The notes beneath the pieces were generated by a model. The model was not told the origin of the DNA. It searched no databases and was given only the letters and a program-made list of their open reading frames with translations. Position numbers and translations under genes: made by a program. A stretch of DNA of 64,000 bases. Origin: Planctomycetota bacterium (GTDB lineage Bacteria; Planctomycetota; UBA1135; UBA2386). Positions 24,633 to 33,951 of the stretch are shown piece by piece. The DNA is taken from the NCBI GenBank assembly GCA_965228735.1, contig OZ245838.1:6816001-6880000 (forward strand). The letters are read 5' to 3'. The stretch's first letter is position 1. Each line of letters starts with the position of its first letter.

Positions 24633-24733
24633 GTTTCGAATCCGCCATCGACCAGGTTCGCCAACGCGGTTCGGCAGCGCCACCTGCGCTCGTCGCTCCG
24701 TGGCGGATTCGAAACGGGTTCGGTACCGCCATC
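24633..24733. repeat. Remainder of REP/MITE-like inverted repeat element (rest of left arm, 53-nt spacer, right arm 24701-24733)
   Basis: GTTTCGAATCCGCCA ... TGGCGGATTCGAAACGGGTTCGGTACCGCCATC. Confidence 0.85.
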
Positions 24734-24773
24734 CGGGATGGCGTGTGGGCATTCTGACGGTAGCGTCACCCGC

Positions 24774-25979
24774 GTGACCGTTCCCGTTGAAGAGCAGCTC
24801 CGGATCCTCGAGCGCGGTGTCGTCGATCTCGTCGATCGCGAGGATCTGAAGAAGCGGCTCGAGCAGAGTCAGGCCGAGGGGCGCCCGTTGCGCGTCAAGT
24901 TCGGCATCGATCCGAGTTCGCCCGACATCCACCTCGGCCACACGGTGCCGTTGCGCAAGCTGCGCGACTTCCAGCGGCTCGGCCACCGCGTCATCGTGCT
25001 CTGGGGCACGGCGACCGCGATGGTGGGTGACCCGACGGGGAAGAACAAGACGCGGCCGCCGCTGTCGCGCGACGACGTCGAGGCCAACAAGCAGACCTAT
25101 CGCGATCAGATCGGCGCCGTGCTCGACGTCGACGACATCGAAGAACGCGAGAACGGCGCCTGGTTCCACGAGCAGTCGTTCATGGACTGCATCACGCTCG
25201 CGAGTCGCTACACCGTCGCGCGCATGCTCGAGCGCGACGACTTCAGCAAGCGCTACAAGGACGGGCGGCCGATCGCGATCCACGAGTTCCTCTACCCGCT
25301 GCTGCAGGGTTGGGACTCGGTCGAACTGGAATGCGACGTCGAGATCGGCGGCAGTGATCAGCTGTTCAATCTGCTCGTCGGTCGCGACCTCCAGGGCCAG
25401 AGCGGTCAGACGCCGCAGATCTGCCTCACGATGCCGATCATCGAAGGACTCGACGGCACGCAGAAGATGTCGAAGTCGCTCGGCAACTACATCGGCATCA
25501 ACGAGAGCAGCTCGGAGCAGTTCGGCAAGGTGATGAAGGTGCCGAACGACCTGCTCGAGAAGTACTTCACCCTGCTCACCGACGTCGAGCCGGACCGCAT
25601 CGCGCAGTTGCTCGACAACCCGCTCGAGGCCAAGTTCGCGCTCGCCGACGCGATCGTCGCGGACTACCACGGCCCGGATGCGGCCAGGGCGGCGCGCGCC
25701 GAGTACGACCGCGTGCACCAGCAGGGCGGCCTGCCCGATGACCTGCCCGAGTTCGCGATCCCGAGCGACCAGCTCAAGGATGGCGCGGTCTGGCTGCCGG
25801 CCGCGATGGCGTTCGCCAGGCTCTGCGCGAGCAACAGCGAAGGCCGCCGGCTCGTGCAGGGCGGCGGCGTGCGCGTCGATGGCGAGGTCGTGAAGGACGC
25901 CAAGCACGGCCTGCCGCCCGGCGACTACGTGCTGCAGGTCGGCAAGCGCAAGTTCGCGAAGGTCGTGATCGCCGGCTGA
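24774..25979 (+). CDS. tyrS: Tyrosine--tRNA ligase
   Basis: KFGIDPSSPDIHLGH, GDPTGK, YPLLQGWD, GGSDQ, KMSKS, C-terminal S4 domain (VGKRKF). Confidence 0.97.
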   Translation: MTVPVEEQLRILERGVVDLVDREDLKKRLEQSQAEGRPLRVKFGIDPSSPDIHLGHTVPLRKLRDFQRLGHRVIVLWGTATAMVGDPTGKNKTRPPLSRDDVEANKQTYRDQIGAVLDVDDIEERENGAWFHEQSFMDCITLASRYTVARMLERDDFSKRYKDGRPIAIHEFLYPLLQGWDSVELECDVEIGGSDQLFNLLVGRDLQGQSGQTPQICLTMPIIEGLDGTQKMSKSLGNYIGINESSSEQFGKVMKVPNDLLEKYFTLLTDVEPDRIAQLLDNPLEAKFALADAIVADYHGPDAARAARAEYDRVHQQGGLPDDLPEFAIPSDQLKDGAVWLPAAMAFARLCASNSEGRRLVQGGGVRVDGEVVKDAKHGLPPGDYVLQVGKRKFAKVVIAG

Positions 25980-25987
25980 CCGGACCC

Positions 25988-26566
25988 ATGACGCCGCCGA
26001 CCGACTCCGCTCGCAGCCAGAATGCCGAATCGGCGGCGATCGCGCCGCGGGCCGTCGTGCTCGTCGGGCTGCGGTGCACGGGGAAGTCGACCGTCGGTCG
26101 TGAGCTCGCCCAGCGGCTCGCGTGGGCGTTCGTCGACGCGGACGACGAGCTGGCGCGCGCCGTCGGCCAGCCCGCGGGCGACTACCTTCGCACTGCCGGC
26201 GAGCCCGCGTTCCGGGCCGCGGAAGAGCGCGTCCTCGTTCCGCTGCTCGCGAGCGTTCGAGCGACGGTCGTGGCGACCGGCGGGGGCGCGCCGACGATCC
26301 CCGCGGTGCGGGCGGCGCTCGCGGCCGAGGACCTCTGCTGCGTCTGGCTCCAGGCGGACCCGGCGGTGCTCGTGCGGCGCCTCGCGAGCGGCGAAGCGAG
26401 CCGTCCGGCGCTGACGGATCGCGACCCGGCTGCCGAGATCGCGCAGCTGTGGCGCGAACGCGAGCCGCACTACGCCGCGGTGGCGCGGTTTTCCCTGGAT
26501 ACGTCGGCTGCCGAGCCGAAGGCGACGGTCGCGGCGATCGTCGACGCGGTGTTGGCGTCGGAATAG
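25988..26566 (+). CDS. aroK: Shikimate kinase
   Basis: LVGLRCTGKSTVG, DAD, GEPAFRAAE, VATGGG, RPAL, REPHY. Confidence 0.9.
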   Translation: MTPPTDSARSQNAESAAIAPRAVVLVGLRCTGKSTVGRELAQRLAWAFVDADDELARAVGQPAGDYLRTAGEPAFRAAEERVLVPLLASVRATVVATGGGAPTIPAVRAALAAEDLCCVWLQADPAVLVRRLASGEASRPALTDRDPAAEIAQLWREREPHYAAVARFSLDTSAAEPKATVAAIVDAVLASE

Positions 26567-26767
26567 TCGGCTCCGGACGGCCCGATTCGGGAAGCACACC
26601 GGTGCAACGTTCGTAGTCCGACTGCGCTTGGATCCGGCCCTAACGCGGTGCGGGCGCGATTGCCGATGGTGGCCTGCACCGATGCGGTTAGGATGGACCG
26701 CACGCAGCGGGTTCGTGTCGGCGCACGAACATGGGACCCACGGCAGCGAGAGGTAGCGGCTGACTTC

Positions 26768-29638
26768 ATGAACAGGCTTCTTCGGATGATGGCGGCGACG
26801 CTGGCGATGGCCGCGGGCACGCTGTTCGTCACCGATCTGCCGGCCTGCGCGCCTGGCTGCCCATTCGCTGGGGACCCATTCGCCGGGGACCCGTTCGGTG
26901 GGGACGCCTGCGAGCGGGACGGGGCCGACGACGGCGCGCGTTCGCAGCAGGACCAGAACGGCCGCCAGCAGAACGGCGGCAAGCCGCGCGACGAGATCGC
27001 CAAGCTGCGCGCCGACCTGCGCACGCCGGGCGCGGACGGTCGCGTGACGCGCGAGGGCGCCGTCGAGCGTCTGCTCGGCATGCCCGAGTCGCGCGCTCAT
27101 GTCGTGCTGAGCCAGGAGCTGCAGAACGACGACGACCCCGACGGCGTGCGCGCGACGATCTTGCGCGGCCTCGAGCGCCATCTGCTGGCGGCCGACGCCC
27201 AGCAGTTCGGCGGCGCGCCGACCGAGGTCCGGGAACAGATCTTCGGCGCGTACCTGCGCGCCGTCGTGCGGTGGTGGAGCGACGATCGCCCGGAGCGATA
27301 CCGCGCGCTGCGGCGACGCGCGCGGGAGGCGCTGATGCTAGTGCCCGTGCTCGAGCTCGAGCGCGTGGCGGGTCAGTATCTCGCGGTCGAGGAGAACGAC
27401 GCCCCCGCGTTGTTCGCCTGCATCGCCGACCTGCAGAACCTCTACCTCGGCCGGGTGATCGCGAACCAGCTCGAGAACGACGACGCGCGCATCCAACGGG
27501 CTGCGCGCGCGGCGCTGCGGCTCCTCACGTTCCGCGAGACGGACTTCGAAGCGCGTCAGGAGTTCATGACGTGGCTCGAGCAGAACTCGGATACGGACTA
27601 CACCGACCTCGCCGAGCAGGCCGCGCGCAGCAGCTCGCGGCGGGTCGCGGACGTCCTGCGGCAGCGTGACGACGCGATCATAATGCGCTCGCGCGATGTC
27701 GTGCTCGCCTACGCCGACTCCAATCCCGTCAACTGGAGCGCGATCCGGAAGGAAGTGCTCGTCGCCGATCAGGCCATCGCCGAGGCCTGCCTCGACGCGT
27801 TGCGGGGCGTTCTTGCCGATCGCCTGCCGCCGGTCGGTACCCCGGCGCGCCACGAGTTCTGCAAGGGGCTCCTCACGCGTTGGCGCAACCTGCCGGCCAA
27901 CCGTCAGCACCTGCGCGCGCTGCTGCTCGAGGTCGCGGCGTACGTCACGCGGCCCGACGAGACCGAGCTCGCCACGGAGATCCAGAACGGGCTCATCCTG
28001 CAGCTCGATCGCAAGGATTCGCAGGTGCGCCTCGCGGCGCTTCGCGGGTTGCGCCGCTTCCCGAGCGCCGAGACGCGGCGCGTGATCGTCGCGCATGCGC
28101 GGCGGGCCGTCGACGAGGGTGCGCCGGCGGTGCCGCTCATCGAGGCCGCGCTCGCCGCGCTGTCGGCGCGCACGCCGCCGCGCTGGTTTGCGCCCGGGCC
28201 CGACGATCCCGACAAGCAGGAGTGGATCGATCTGGTGCGCGCGATCTGGCTGCAGCCGACCCTGGCCAACTTGCGCGACCAGGCACTCACGCTCGCGCTC
28301 GCGCCCGCCGCGATCGGTGAGAACGGCGCGGAGCAGCGCGTTCCGGAGATCTTCGATCTGTTGCTGAAGTTCGCGCAGGACGCGCGGCTCGACAGTCGGT
28401 TCCGGGTGAGCTGCATCTTCGGGCTGCGGACGTGGAACTATGCGGCCGGCATCGAGCGCCGGCACGCCGCGTTGGCGGCGCTGCTCGCCGATGCCGAGGT
28501 CGACGTGCGCCTGCAGGCGGCGAGTTCGCTCGGCAAGCTGCACAAGGTCCGGCCGGCGGCGACGGTCGAGGCGCTGCGCACCCGGTTGGCCGTAGAGACG
28601 CAGGTGCCGGTCTACGAGGCGCTCGTGGAGGCGCTCATCGCGTGCGGCCGCGAGCCGCAGATGCCCGAGGTGGCGATCGGCGCGATCCGCACCGTGCTCG
28701 CGGACCTGCGGCAGGAAGGCGCGCTGCCGGAGGCGCACCTGTTCCGGCAGCAGAAACTGTTGCCTGCGCTGTTCCAGATCGCTGGCGAGCGTGGTGCGGC
28801 CGACGGCCCGTGGCTCGCCGCGTGCGACGAGTTGTTGGCGTTCGAAGAGCGGACGATGGCGCGCGACCTGTTGGGGCGCATCCATTCGGCGATCGACCTC
28901 GCCGGCAACGTCGAGTCGGCGGACGGTCGCGTCGCGAGCCGCGCGCGCTGGGCGATGCAGCTCATCATCCGAACCGCGTTGCTCAAGCCCGCCGACGTCT
29001 GGTGGGGCAGCTCGGAAGAGCTCAAGAGCGAGGCCAATGAGGTGCACATCGCGTTCGGCACCCTGAACAAGCCGAAAGTGCCGGCGGGCGATCGTCTCGA
29101 CGGTCCCGAGCACCGGGTGCTGTTCCTCGAGGTCGAACTCGTCGGGTCCAACTACGGTGAGGTGGTGGAGCGCGCCGGGGCGTGGCTCGCCGAACGTCCG
29201 GCCAACGCGCCGAACGGCGCCGCCGCAGCACCGACGTTCCGCCCGGAGCAGAAGGACCGCATTCGCCTCCTCGCGGCCGATGCCCGACTCGGCCTGTCCA
29301 AGCCCGCGCAAGCCGCAGCGATGCTGAAGGTCATCGATCCGAAGCGCCGCCTCGGCCCGCGCGAGCTGACCGTCTTCGACCGCGCCGGCCGCGCCCTGCT
29401 CGAGACCGACGCCGCGACCGCCGTCGCGCTGCTCGATCGCGCCCGCCAGGCCACCGCGACCGATGACCCCGCGTTCCGCCAACGCCTGCTCGAGTGGGCC
29501 CAGGCCGCTCTTACTCTCGACCCCAACGGCAAGAACCGCATCCTGACCGAGGTCGAGAAGCACGCCGCCCTGTTCACGGGCGAAGACTGCCCCGAGGACC
29601 TGCGCAAGCGCTTCCAGTCCCTGCGCGGCACCGGCTGA
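26768..29638 (+). CDS. Large secreted HEAT/TPR-repeat protein
   Basis: Signal-like N-terminus; HEAT-like units (DSQVRLAALRGL, EVDVRLQAASSLGKL). Confidence 0.75.
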   Translation: MNRLLRMMAATLAMAAGTLFVTDLPACAPGCPFAGDPFAGDPFGGDACERDGADDGARSQQDQNGRQQNGGKPRDEIAKLRADLRTPGADGRVTREGAVERLLGMPESRAHVVLSQELQNDDDPDGVRATILRGLERHLLAADAQQFGGAPTEVREQIFGAYLRAVVRWWSDDRPERYRALRRRAREALMLVPVLELERVAGQYLAVEENDAPALFACIADLQNLYLGRVIANQLENDDARIQRAARAALRLLTFRETDFEARQEFMTWLEQNSDTDYTDLAEQAARSSSRRVADVLRQRDDAIIMRSRDVVLAYADSNPVNWSAIRKEVLVADQAIAEACLDALRGVLADRLPPVGTPARHEFCKGLLTRWRNLPANRQHLRALLLEVAAYVTRPDETELATEIQNGLILQLDRKDSQVRLAALRGLRRFPSAETRRVIVAHARRAVDEGAPAVPLIEAALAALSARTPPRWFAPGPDDPDKQEWIDLVRAIWLQPTLANLRDQALTLALAPAAIGENGAEQRVPEIFDLLLKFAQDARLDSRFRVSCIFGLRTWNYAAGIERRHAALAALLADAEVDVRLQAASSLGKLHKVRPAATVEALRTRLAVETQVPVYEALVEALIACGREPQMPEVAIGAIRTVLADLRQEGALPEAHLFRQQKLLPALFQIAGERGAADGPWLAACDELLAFEERTMARDLLGRIHSAIDLAGNVESADGRVASRARWAMQLIIRTALLKPADVWWGSSEELKSEANEVHIAFGTLNKPKVPAGDRLDGPEHRVLFLEVELVGSNYGEVVERAGAWLAERPANAPNGAAAAPTFRPEQKDRIRLLAADARLGLSKPAQAAAMLKVIDPKRRLGPRELTVFDRAGRALLETDAATAVALLDRARQATATDDPAFRQRLLEWAQAALTLDPNGKNRILTEVEKHAALFTGEDCPEDLRKRFQSLRGTG

Positions 29639-29685
29639 CCAAGACCCGAACGGCCAGGAAGCGCTCGTTCCTCGAACAAAAGCGC

Positions 29686-29713
29686 TTGAGTCATGGTGAC
29701 ACCGCGCTATCGT
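29686..29713 (+). promoter_or_regulatory. Putative tRNA promoter
   Basis: TTGAGT-16 nt-TATCGT, 13 nt before the tRNA. Confidence 0.35.
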
Positions 29714-29726
29714 TCTCCGTCCGCGA

Positions 29727-29803
<77 letters not shown>

Positions 29804-29813
29804 CTCAGAAGCG

Positions 29814-29847
29814 CAGGGTGGACAGGCACATAGATCTGTCCACCCTG
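29814..29847 (+). terminator. Hairpin downstream of tRNA (terminator or att-arm)
   Basis: CAGGGTGGACAG/CTGTCCACCCTG 12-bp stem, with a T-rich tract shortly after. Confidence 0.5.
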
Positions 29848-30112
29848 TCTTCGTTTTTGGGGGGCCTCGACTCACTGTGACCAGAGTGTGTCCTACCCGG
29901 ACACCGAGTCTCGGCCTAGATGCGGCGAGAGCAGGGGGGACCCAGCCCGAGTTGGGCGTGGTATCCGGAAACTGCGCCGAAGTGATTCGCGGTCGAATCG
30001 TGGCATTCCGATTGCGGGAACGGCGATGAGCGCTTGCCAAGTTCAGCCGGCATCGCAGACCGGTGGCCGCAACCGGAGCGACGAACCGGGGCTTGTTGCG
30101 AGAGCCTGGCTG

Positions 30113-31182
30113 TCAGGCTGCGCGGCGGTAGCTGCGAAGCAGCCCGCCGAGTCGCTCGTCGGCCACGATCTTCTCTCCGCTGCTGCTCTCGGTAGCAGTC
30201 GGTGCGATGCGCTCGTTCACGATGCCCTGATGGGGCCGATCACGGTGGTAGTGCTCGACGAACTCGGCGAGCGCGCGTCGGAGGTGGGCTTCGCCGAAGA
30301 TGATCAGCTTGCTGAGGCACTCGCGCTTCACCGATCCGACGAATCGCTCGGCGATCGCGTTCATGTCGGGCGCCTGGATCGCGGTCGGCAGAAGCGCGAC
30401 ACCCGCGTCTTCGACGATGCGTTGGAACTGGGCAGTGAACTTCCCGTCCCGATCGAGGATCAGGAACCGCTTGTCGCGGAGGGCGCCGTCGACAGGATCC
30501 GTGAGGTTGCGGCCGACCTGCGCCATGAAGGCGCTGTCCGGGCTCGTCGTGATGCCGGCGATTTCGACGGCACGCGTCGCGTGGTGGATGACGAACAGCA
30601 CGTAGTGGGTGACCAGCCCGCGCGCGGTCCACACGTCGACCGTGAAGAAGTCGGTTGCTGCGATCACGTCGGCGTGCGACTTCAAGAACGTCGCCCACGA
30701 GGTCGGCCGTTCGGGGCTCGGCGGCACGCCGGCATCCTTCAGCACCTTGGCGATCGTGGTTCGAGCAACTCGATGGCCGACCTTCTTCAGCTCACCTTGG
30801 ATCCGCAGGTAGCCCCAGCTCGAGTTGTCGGTCGCCATGCGAACGATGAGCTCGCGGATCGTCTTCATGATCCCGGGCCGGCCAACGCGAGTCCGGTGCG
30901 GGTACGTGTGCTTCGCCGCGATCAGCCGGTGGTGCCAGCGCAGGATCGTGTCGGGCGTGACGATCGTGGCAACCTGGCTGAGGAGCTTGCGGCCGAGTGC
31001 CTGGCCCTTCGCCGCCAGCCGACGTCGCTGGTCGTCGCTGAGCCGCAGGCGGCGTGCTCCGAACTGCTCGCGCAGCACGCGGTCTCTTCGACGAGGTAGT
31101 CGATCGCCTGCGTCTGTTGTCGGTTCACCCAGCCGGCGAACGCGAACAAGAGGAAGCGCAGGGGCAGCAGGGTGTCCGGCAT
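30113..31182 (-). pseudogene. Integrase-core (rve, DDE) transposase with one frameshift
   Basis: N-terminus MPDTLLPLRFLL...IDYLVEE continues in another frame as RVLREQ...TPDTILRWH...ATDFFTV...LDRDGKF...AERFVGSVKREC...RPHQG; 1-nt loss near 31083. Confidence 0.85.
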
Positions 31183-31259
31183 GGGGGCGGCGCACGGTAG
31201 TCGCAGGCTCGCTCGCGGCAACGCTTGCGCCATGGTGCGCCGGAGTCCCCGCATCTCGC

Positions 31260-32177
31260 TCATGCTCGAGCCCAGCCGGTGGCGTGGCTCCACGATCCCG
31301 GTGGCTCGGCACCGCGCAGGGCCTCGGCGAGGGGCCGCAGGAACCGGACCAGCTCATGTCCCAGGTCCGTGAAGACCTGCGGAACGTCCCCGCCGGCTGC
31401 CACCGAACGGGAGTACGCGCGCCATCGCTGGTCCAGGACCGGGTCGGAGTAGAAGTCCGCGTCGAGGATCTCGTCGAGGTCGCCGAGGTCCGCGTCGCGT
31501 TGCGAGAAGGTCGCCCTTGCCGCGCGGCTGAGCAGCGCCCCATCGAACTCGCTGCGCCGGGCGAACGTGATCAGGTCACGGAAGTCTTTCATGCGGCTGT
31601 TGGCGCGTCCGAGCCGGACGATCGCCTCGAACTTCTCCGCGACGACGGTTTCGATCGGATACATGCGCAGACGCGGGGCAGGCAGTGGCAGCAGGGTCGG
31701 GAAGTCCCGGGCGCGAGGAGCCGGCGTGATCGCATCGCCGAAGCCGACATCGACCTGGAGGTGGATCCTGGCCTTGCCGAGGTATGCCGACAGCGTGATG
31801 CGCACGCCGCCATACTCCTGCACCGCGCGGATCTCGGCGGCCTCGACGGAGTCCTCGTCGAACTGCAGGGCGTCTTCGCTGCATGGTTGACGGCAGACCT
31901 CGCGGAAGACGTCGCGGAGGTGCTCAGGAGCGGTTTCGCCGAAGCCCTCGAGGTCGATGTCTCGGGTGGGGCGGTAGAGTTGGTCGGGCCAAAGCAGGAG
32001 CAGGAGGGCGCCCTTGAGCACGAATCGTTCGGCGTGCTGCGTTTGGCAGAGGCGATACAGCAGTCGCTCGGCGCCGTAGCGCAGCAGGGTGAGCTGGAAG
32101 TCCTCACCGCGGTCGCGAGCACCGTTGAGCAGGCGGCGATGGATGGATGCCGCCAGGTCCTTGGGCTCGCCGTTCAT
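31260..32177 (-). CDS. abiEii: AbiEii nucleotidyltransferase toxin (type IV TA)
   Basis: ERLLYRL, FVLKGALL, RPTRDID, DVGFGD, AEKFEA, NSRMKDF; ATGA overlap with the upstream gene. Confidence 0.92.
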   Translation of the reverse strand: MNGEPKDLAASIHRRLLNGARDRGEDFQLTLLRYGAERLLYRLCQTQHAERFVLKGALLLLLWPDQLYRPTRDIDLEGFGETAPEHLRDVFREVCRQPCSEDALQFDEDSVEAAEIRAVQEYGGVRITLSAYLGKARIHLQVDVGFGDAITPAPRARDFPTLLPLPAPRLRMYPIETVVAEKFEAIVRLGRANSRMKDFRDLITFARRSEFDGALLSRAARATFSQRDADLGDLDEILDADFYSDPVLDQRWRAYSRSVAAGGDVPQVFTDLGHELVRFLRPLAEALRGAEPPGSWSHATGWARA

Positions 32178-32788
32178 GCGATGAGGACCTCCAGATCCTG
32201 GCGAACGCGCTCGGGAGCTCCGCACTCCCGCGCCATGCGCAGCAGGCCGCTGGCGGAGACCTTCCGGCCACGCAGGCCTTCTCGGGCTGCTTCCAGCGCA
32301 GTCTCCCGATCGATCAGTCTGGTCAGGCGGAAGCAGTCGATGATGGTCCGGGCAGGGTTCGTGATCTTGGTCGGCACTCCGTCGATCCGTGTCGGCTCGA
32401 CGCCCGCGGTCAGTAGCACGCCGGAGAACCGGACGACCCGGACCTTGGTAGGCACGGAACGTGGGGCTCGCTGGCCGTAGGGGATCCCGATCCAGACCTC
32501 CGGCGAGAGCCGGGTGCCGATGCCGTGGATCTGCAGCGCCGTCAGCAGACAGACGATGCCGCGCGGGACACGCGCGCAGGCCGCAGCGACGGAGTAGAGG
32601 CCTGACGTGTCGGCTGCCACGAGTCGGTAGAGGCCGCGGGCGACCCGCTCCACCTCACCGCGGCGGACCAGGTTTCGTAGCATGGCTTCCGTGATGCCCA
32701 GGGGCCTCAGGTCGCATGGCCGGAAGAAGGCGCCGAGCCCCGCCCTGCGAAGGGAGGTCGGGGTCAGTTTCGAGGCGGGGGCGGGCAT
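32174..32788 (-). CDS. abiEi: AbiEi family antitoxin (type IV TA)
   Basis: wHTH (VERVARGLY), GIVCLLTAL..HG, PARTIIDCF; coupled to AbiEii. Confidence 0.9.
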   Translation of the reverse strand: MPAPASKLTPTSLRRAGLGAFFRPCDLRPLGITEAMLRNLVRRGEVERVARGLYRLVAADTSGLYSVAAACARVPRGIVCLLTALQIHGIGTRLSPEVWIGIPYGQRAPRSVPTKVRVVRFSGVLLTAGVEPTRIDGVPTKITNPARTIIDCFRLTRLIDRETALEAAREGLRGRKVSASGLLRMARECGAPERVRQDLEVLIA

Positions 32789-32917
32789 GGTGGAATATGT
32801 CTACATGGTTGGGCTTCATGTGTGCAGTTTCCACCCTCTCAGGAGGCCGAATCGATGTTCCGATTACGCGAAGTTCGAGGAGCGTCACGACTGCTCCCCC
32901 GATCCGGACTGGCTTCG

Positions 32918-33136
32918 TCACGTACTCCATGACGAAGAGCGTCCCGACTGCTCTACCATTTGACTAAGCCCGGGGTAGAGACTGACACAAACGGTCTCTA
33001 CCTCGGGCTTTGTCTTTATCTGGTCGACGTAGCACCCGACCAGGCTGCGGCGCTCCTCCAGGGTTCCTGAGGCCAGCACGGACTCCAGCCGGTCGAACTC
33101 GGCCGCGATCCGCTTCCGGAGTTTGGCACGGGTGGG
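32918..33136 (-). pseudogene. Probable C-terminal remnant of a large serine recombinase reading into a tRNA 3'-end copy
   Basis: Hand translation: RKRIAAEFDRLESVLASGTLEERRSLVGCYVDQIKTKPEVETVCVSLYPGLSQMVEQSG...; no start; overlaps TCCCGACTGCTCTACCA. Confidence 0.45.
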
Positions 33137-33321
33137 GGATCCGCGGGTTTCGGTCCGAGCGTCGCGAGTCTGTCATGACCGGTCCGAGTCCGGCGTCTGT
33201 TCGGGCAGGCGCTGACCCTGGAGGCGGTCGGGTCGGGCACCCTCGTGGTCGATTGCAGCCAGTCCGTTCATGCGGGCGTCGGCGTCGCGCAGCAGGATGG
33301 TCCGAAACCAAGGAACTCCTC

Positions 33322-33795
33322 ATGGCTCCCCTGATCACTCTGCTCGTCACCTTCGCTGTTGCCCGCACCTGGACCGGACTCCGGGGGCACCGAGATTCCG
33401 GCCTGCGCGCCGCGCGCGCCGCATTGGCGGCGATGCTCGTCCTCACGGGCGTCGCGCACTTCGTCTCGACCGAGGCGATGGTGCAGATGGTGCCGCCGTT
33501 CTTGCCGGGCGCCGCGACGTTCGTCTACGCGACGGGTGTGCTCGAGCTCGGCGTCGCTGCGCTGCTGCTGTGGCGCTTCGCTCGGCCTACGCCGCGGCTC
33601 GGCTGGGCCCTCGCTGCGTTCTTCTTGGCGCTGCTTCCCGCGAACGTCTACTCGGCGGTCGCGGAGGTCGGGCTGGGCGGCCATGGCCCCGCATACCTGT
33701 GGTTCCGCATCCCGCTCCAGCTGCTCTTCATCGGCTGGGCGCTCGTGGCCACCGGCGCGGTGCAGCGCGGACGCGCGGTTGTCGCCGCGGCTTGA
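33322..33795 (+). CDS. DoxX-like membrane protein
   Basis: TGVAHF...MVPPFLP...TGVLE...LPANV...RIPLQ; AAGGA SD upstream. Confidence 0.85.
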   Translation: MAPLITLLVTFAVARTWTGLRGHRDSGLRAARAALAAMLVLTGVAHFVSTEAMVQMVPPFLPGAATFVYATGVLELGVAALLLWRFARPTPRLGWALAAFFLALLPANVYSAVAEVGLGGHGPAYLWFRIPLQLLFIGWALVATGAVQRGRAVVAAA

Positions 33796-33824
33796 CGAGC
33801 TCGCCCTATGCGCGCTCGGAGCTC

Positions 33825-33951
33825 GCATGCGGTCTGAGAACGTCGTCGGAAAGCCGTGTGCGGGAAATCCGCACGCACGGTTTGAACGGGGGTCTCAGGT
33901 GGTGCAGGGCTCGCTTGCTTGTGTTTCCTTCATCACCTGAGATCTACCTAT
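33825..33951 (+). mobile_element. Group II intron 3' remnant (domains V and VI only)
   Basis: AAGCCGTGTGCGGGAAATCCGCACGCACGGTTT (DV, AGC 33852-33854); DVI stem 33888-33948 with bulged A 33946; ends AT. Confidence 0.85.

Noticed and set aside
32930..32975. Minus-strand tRNA-like 5' half (TAGTCAAATGGTAGAGCA)
   Set aside because: The D-stem does not pair and no anticodon or T arm follows; better explained as the antisense of a tRNA 3'-end fragment.
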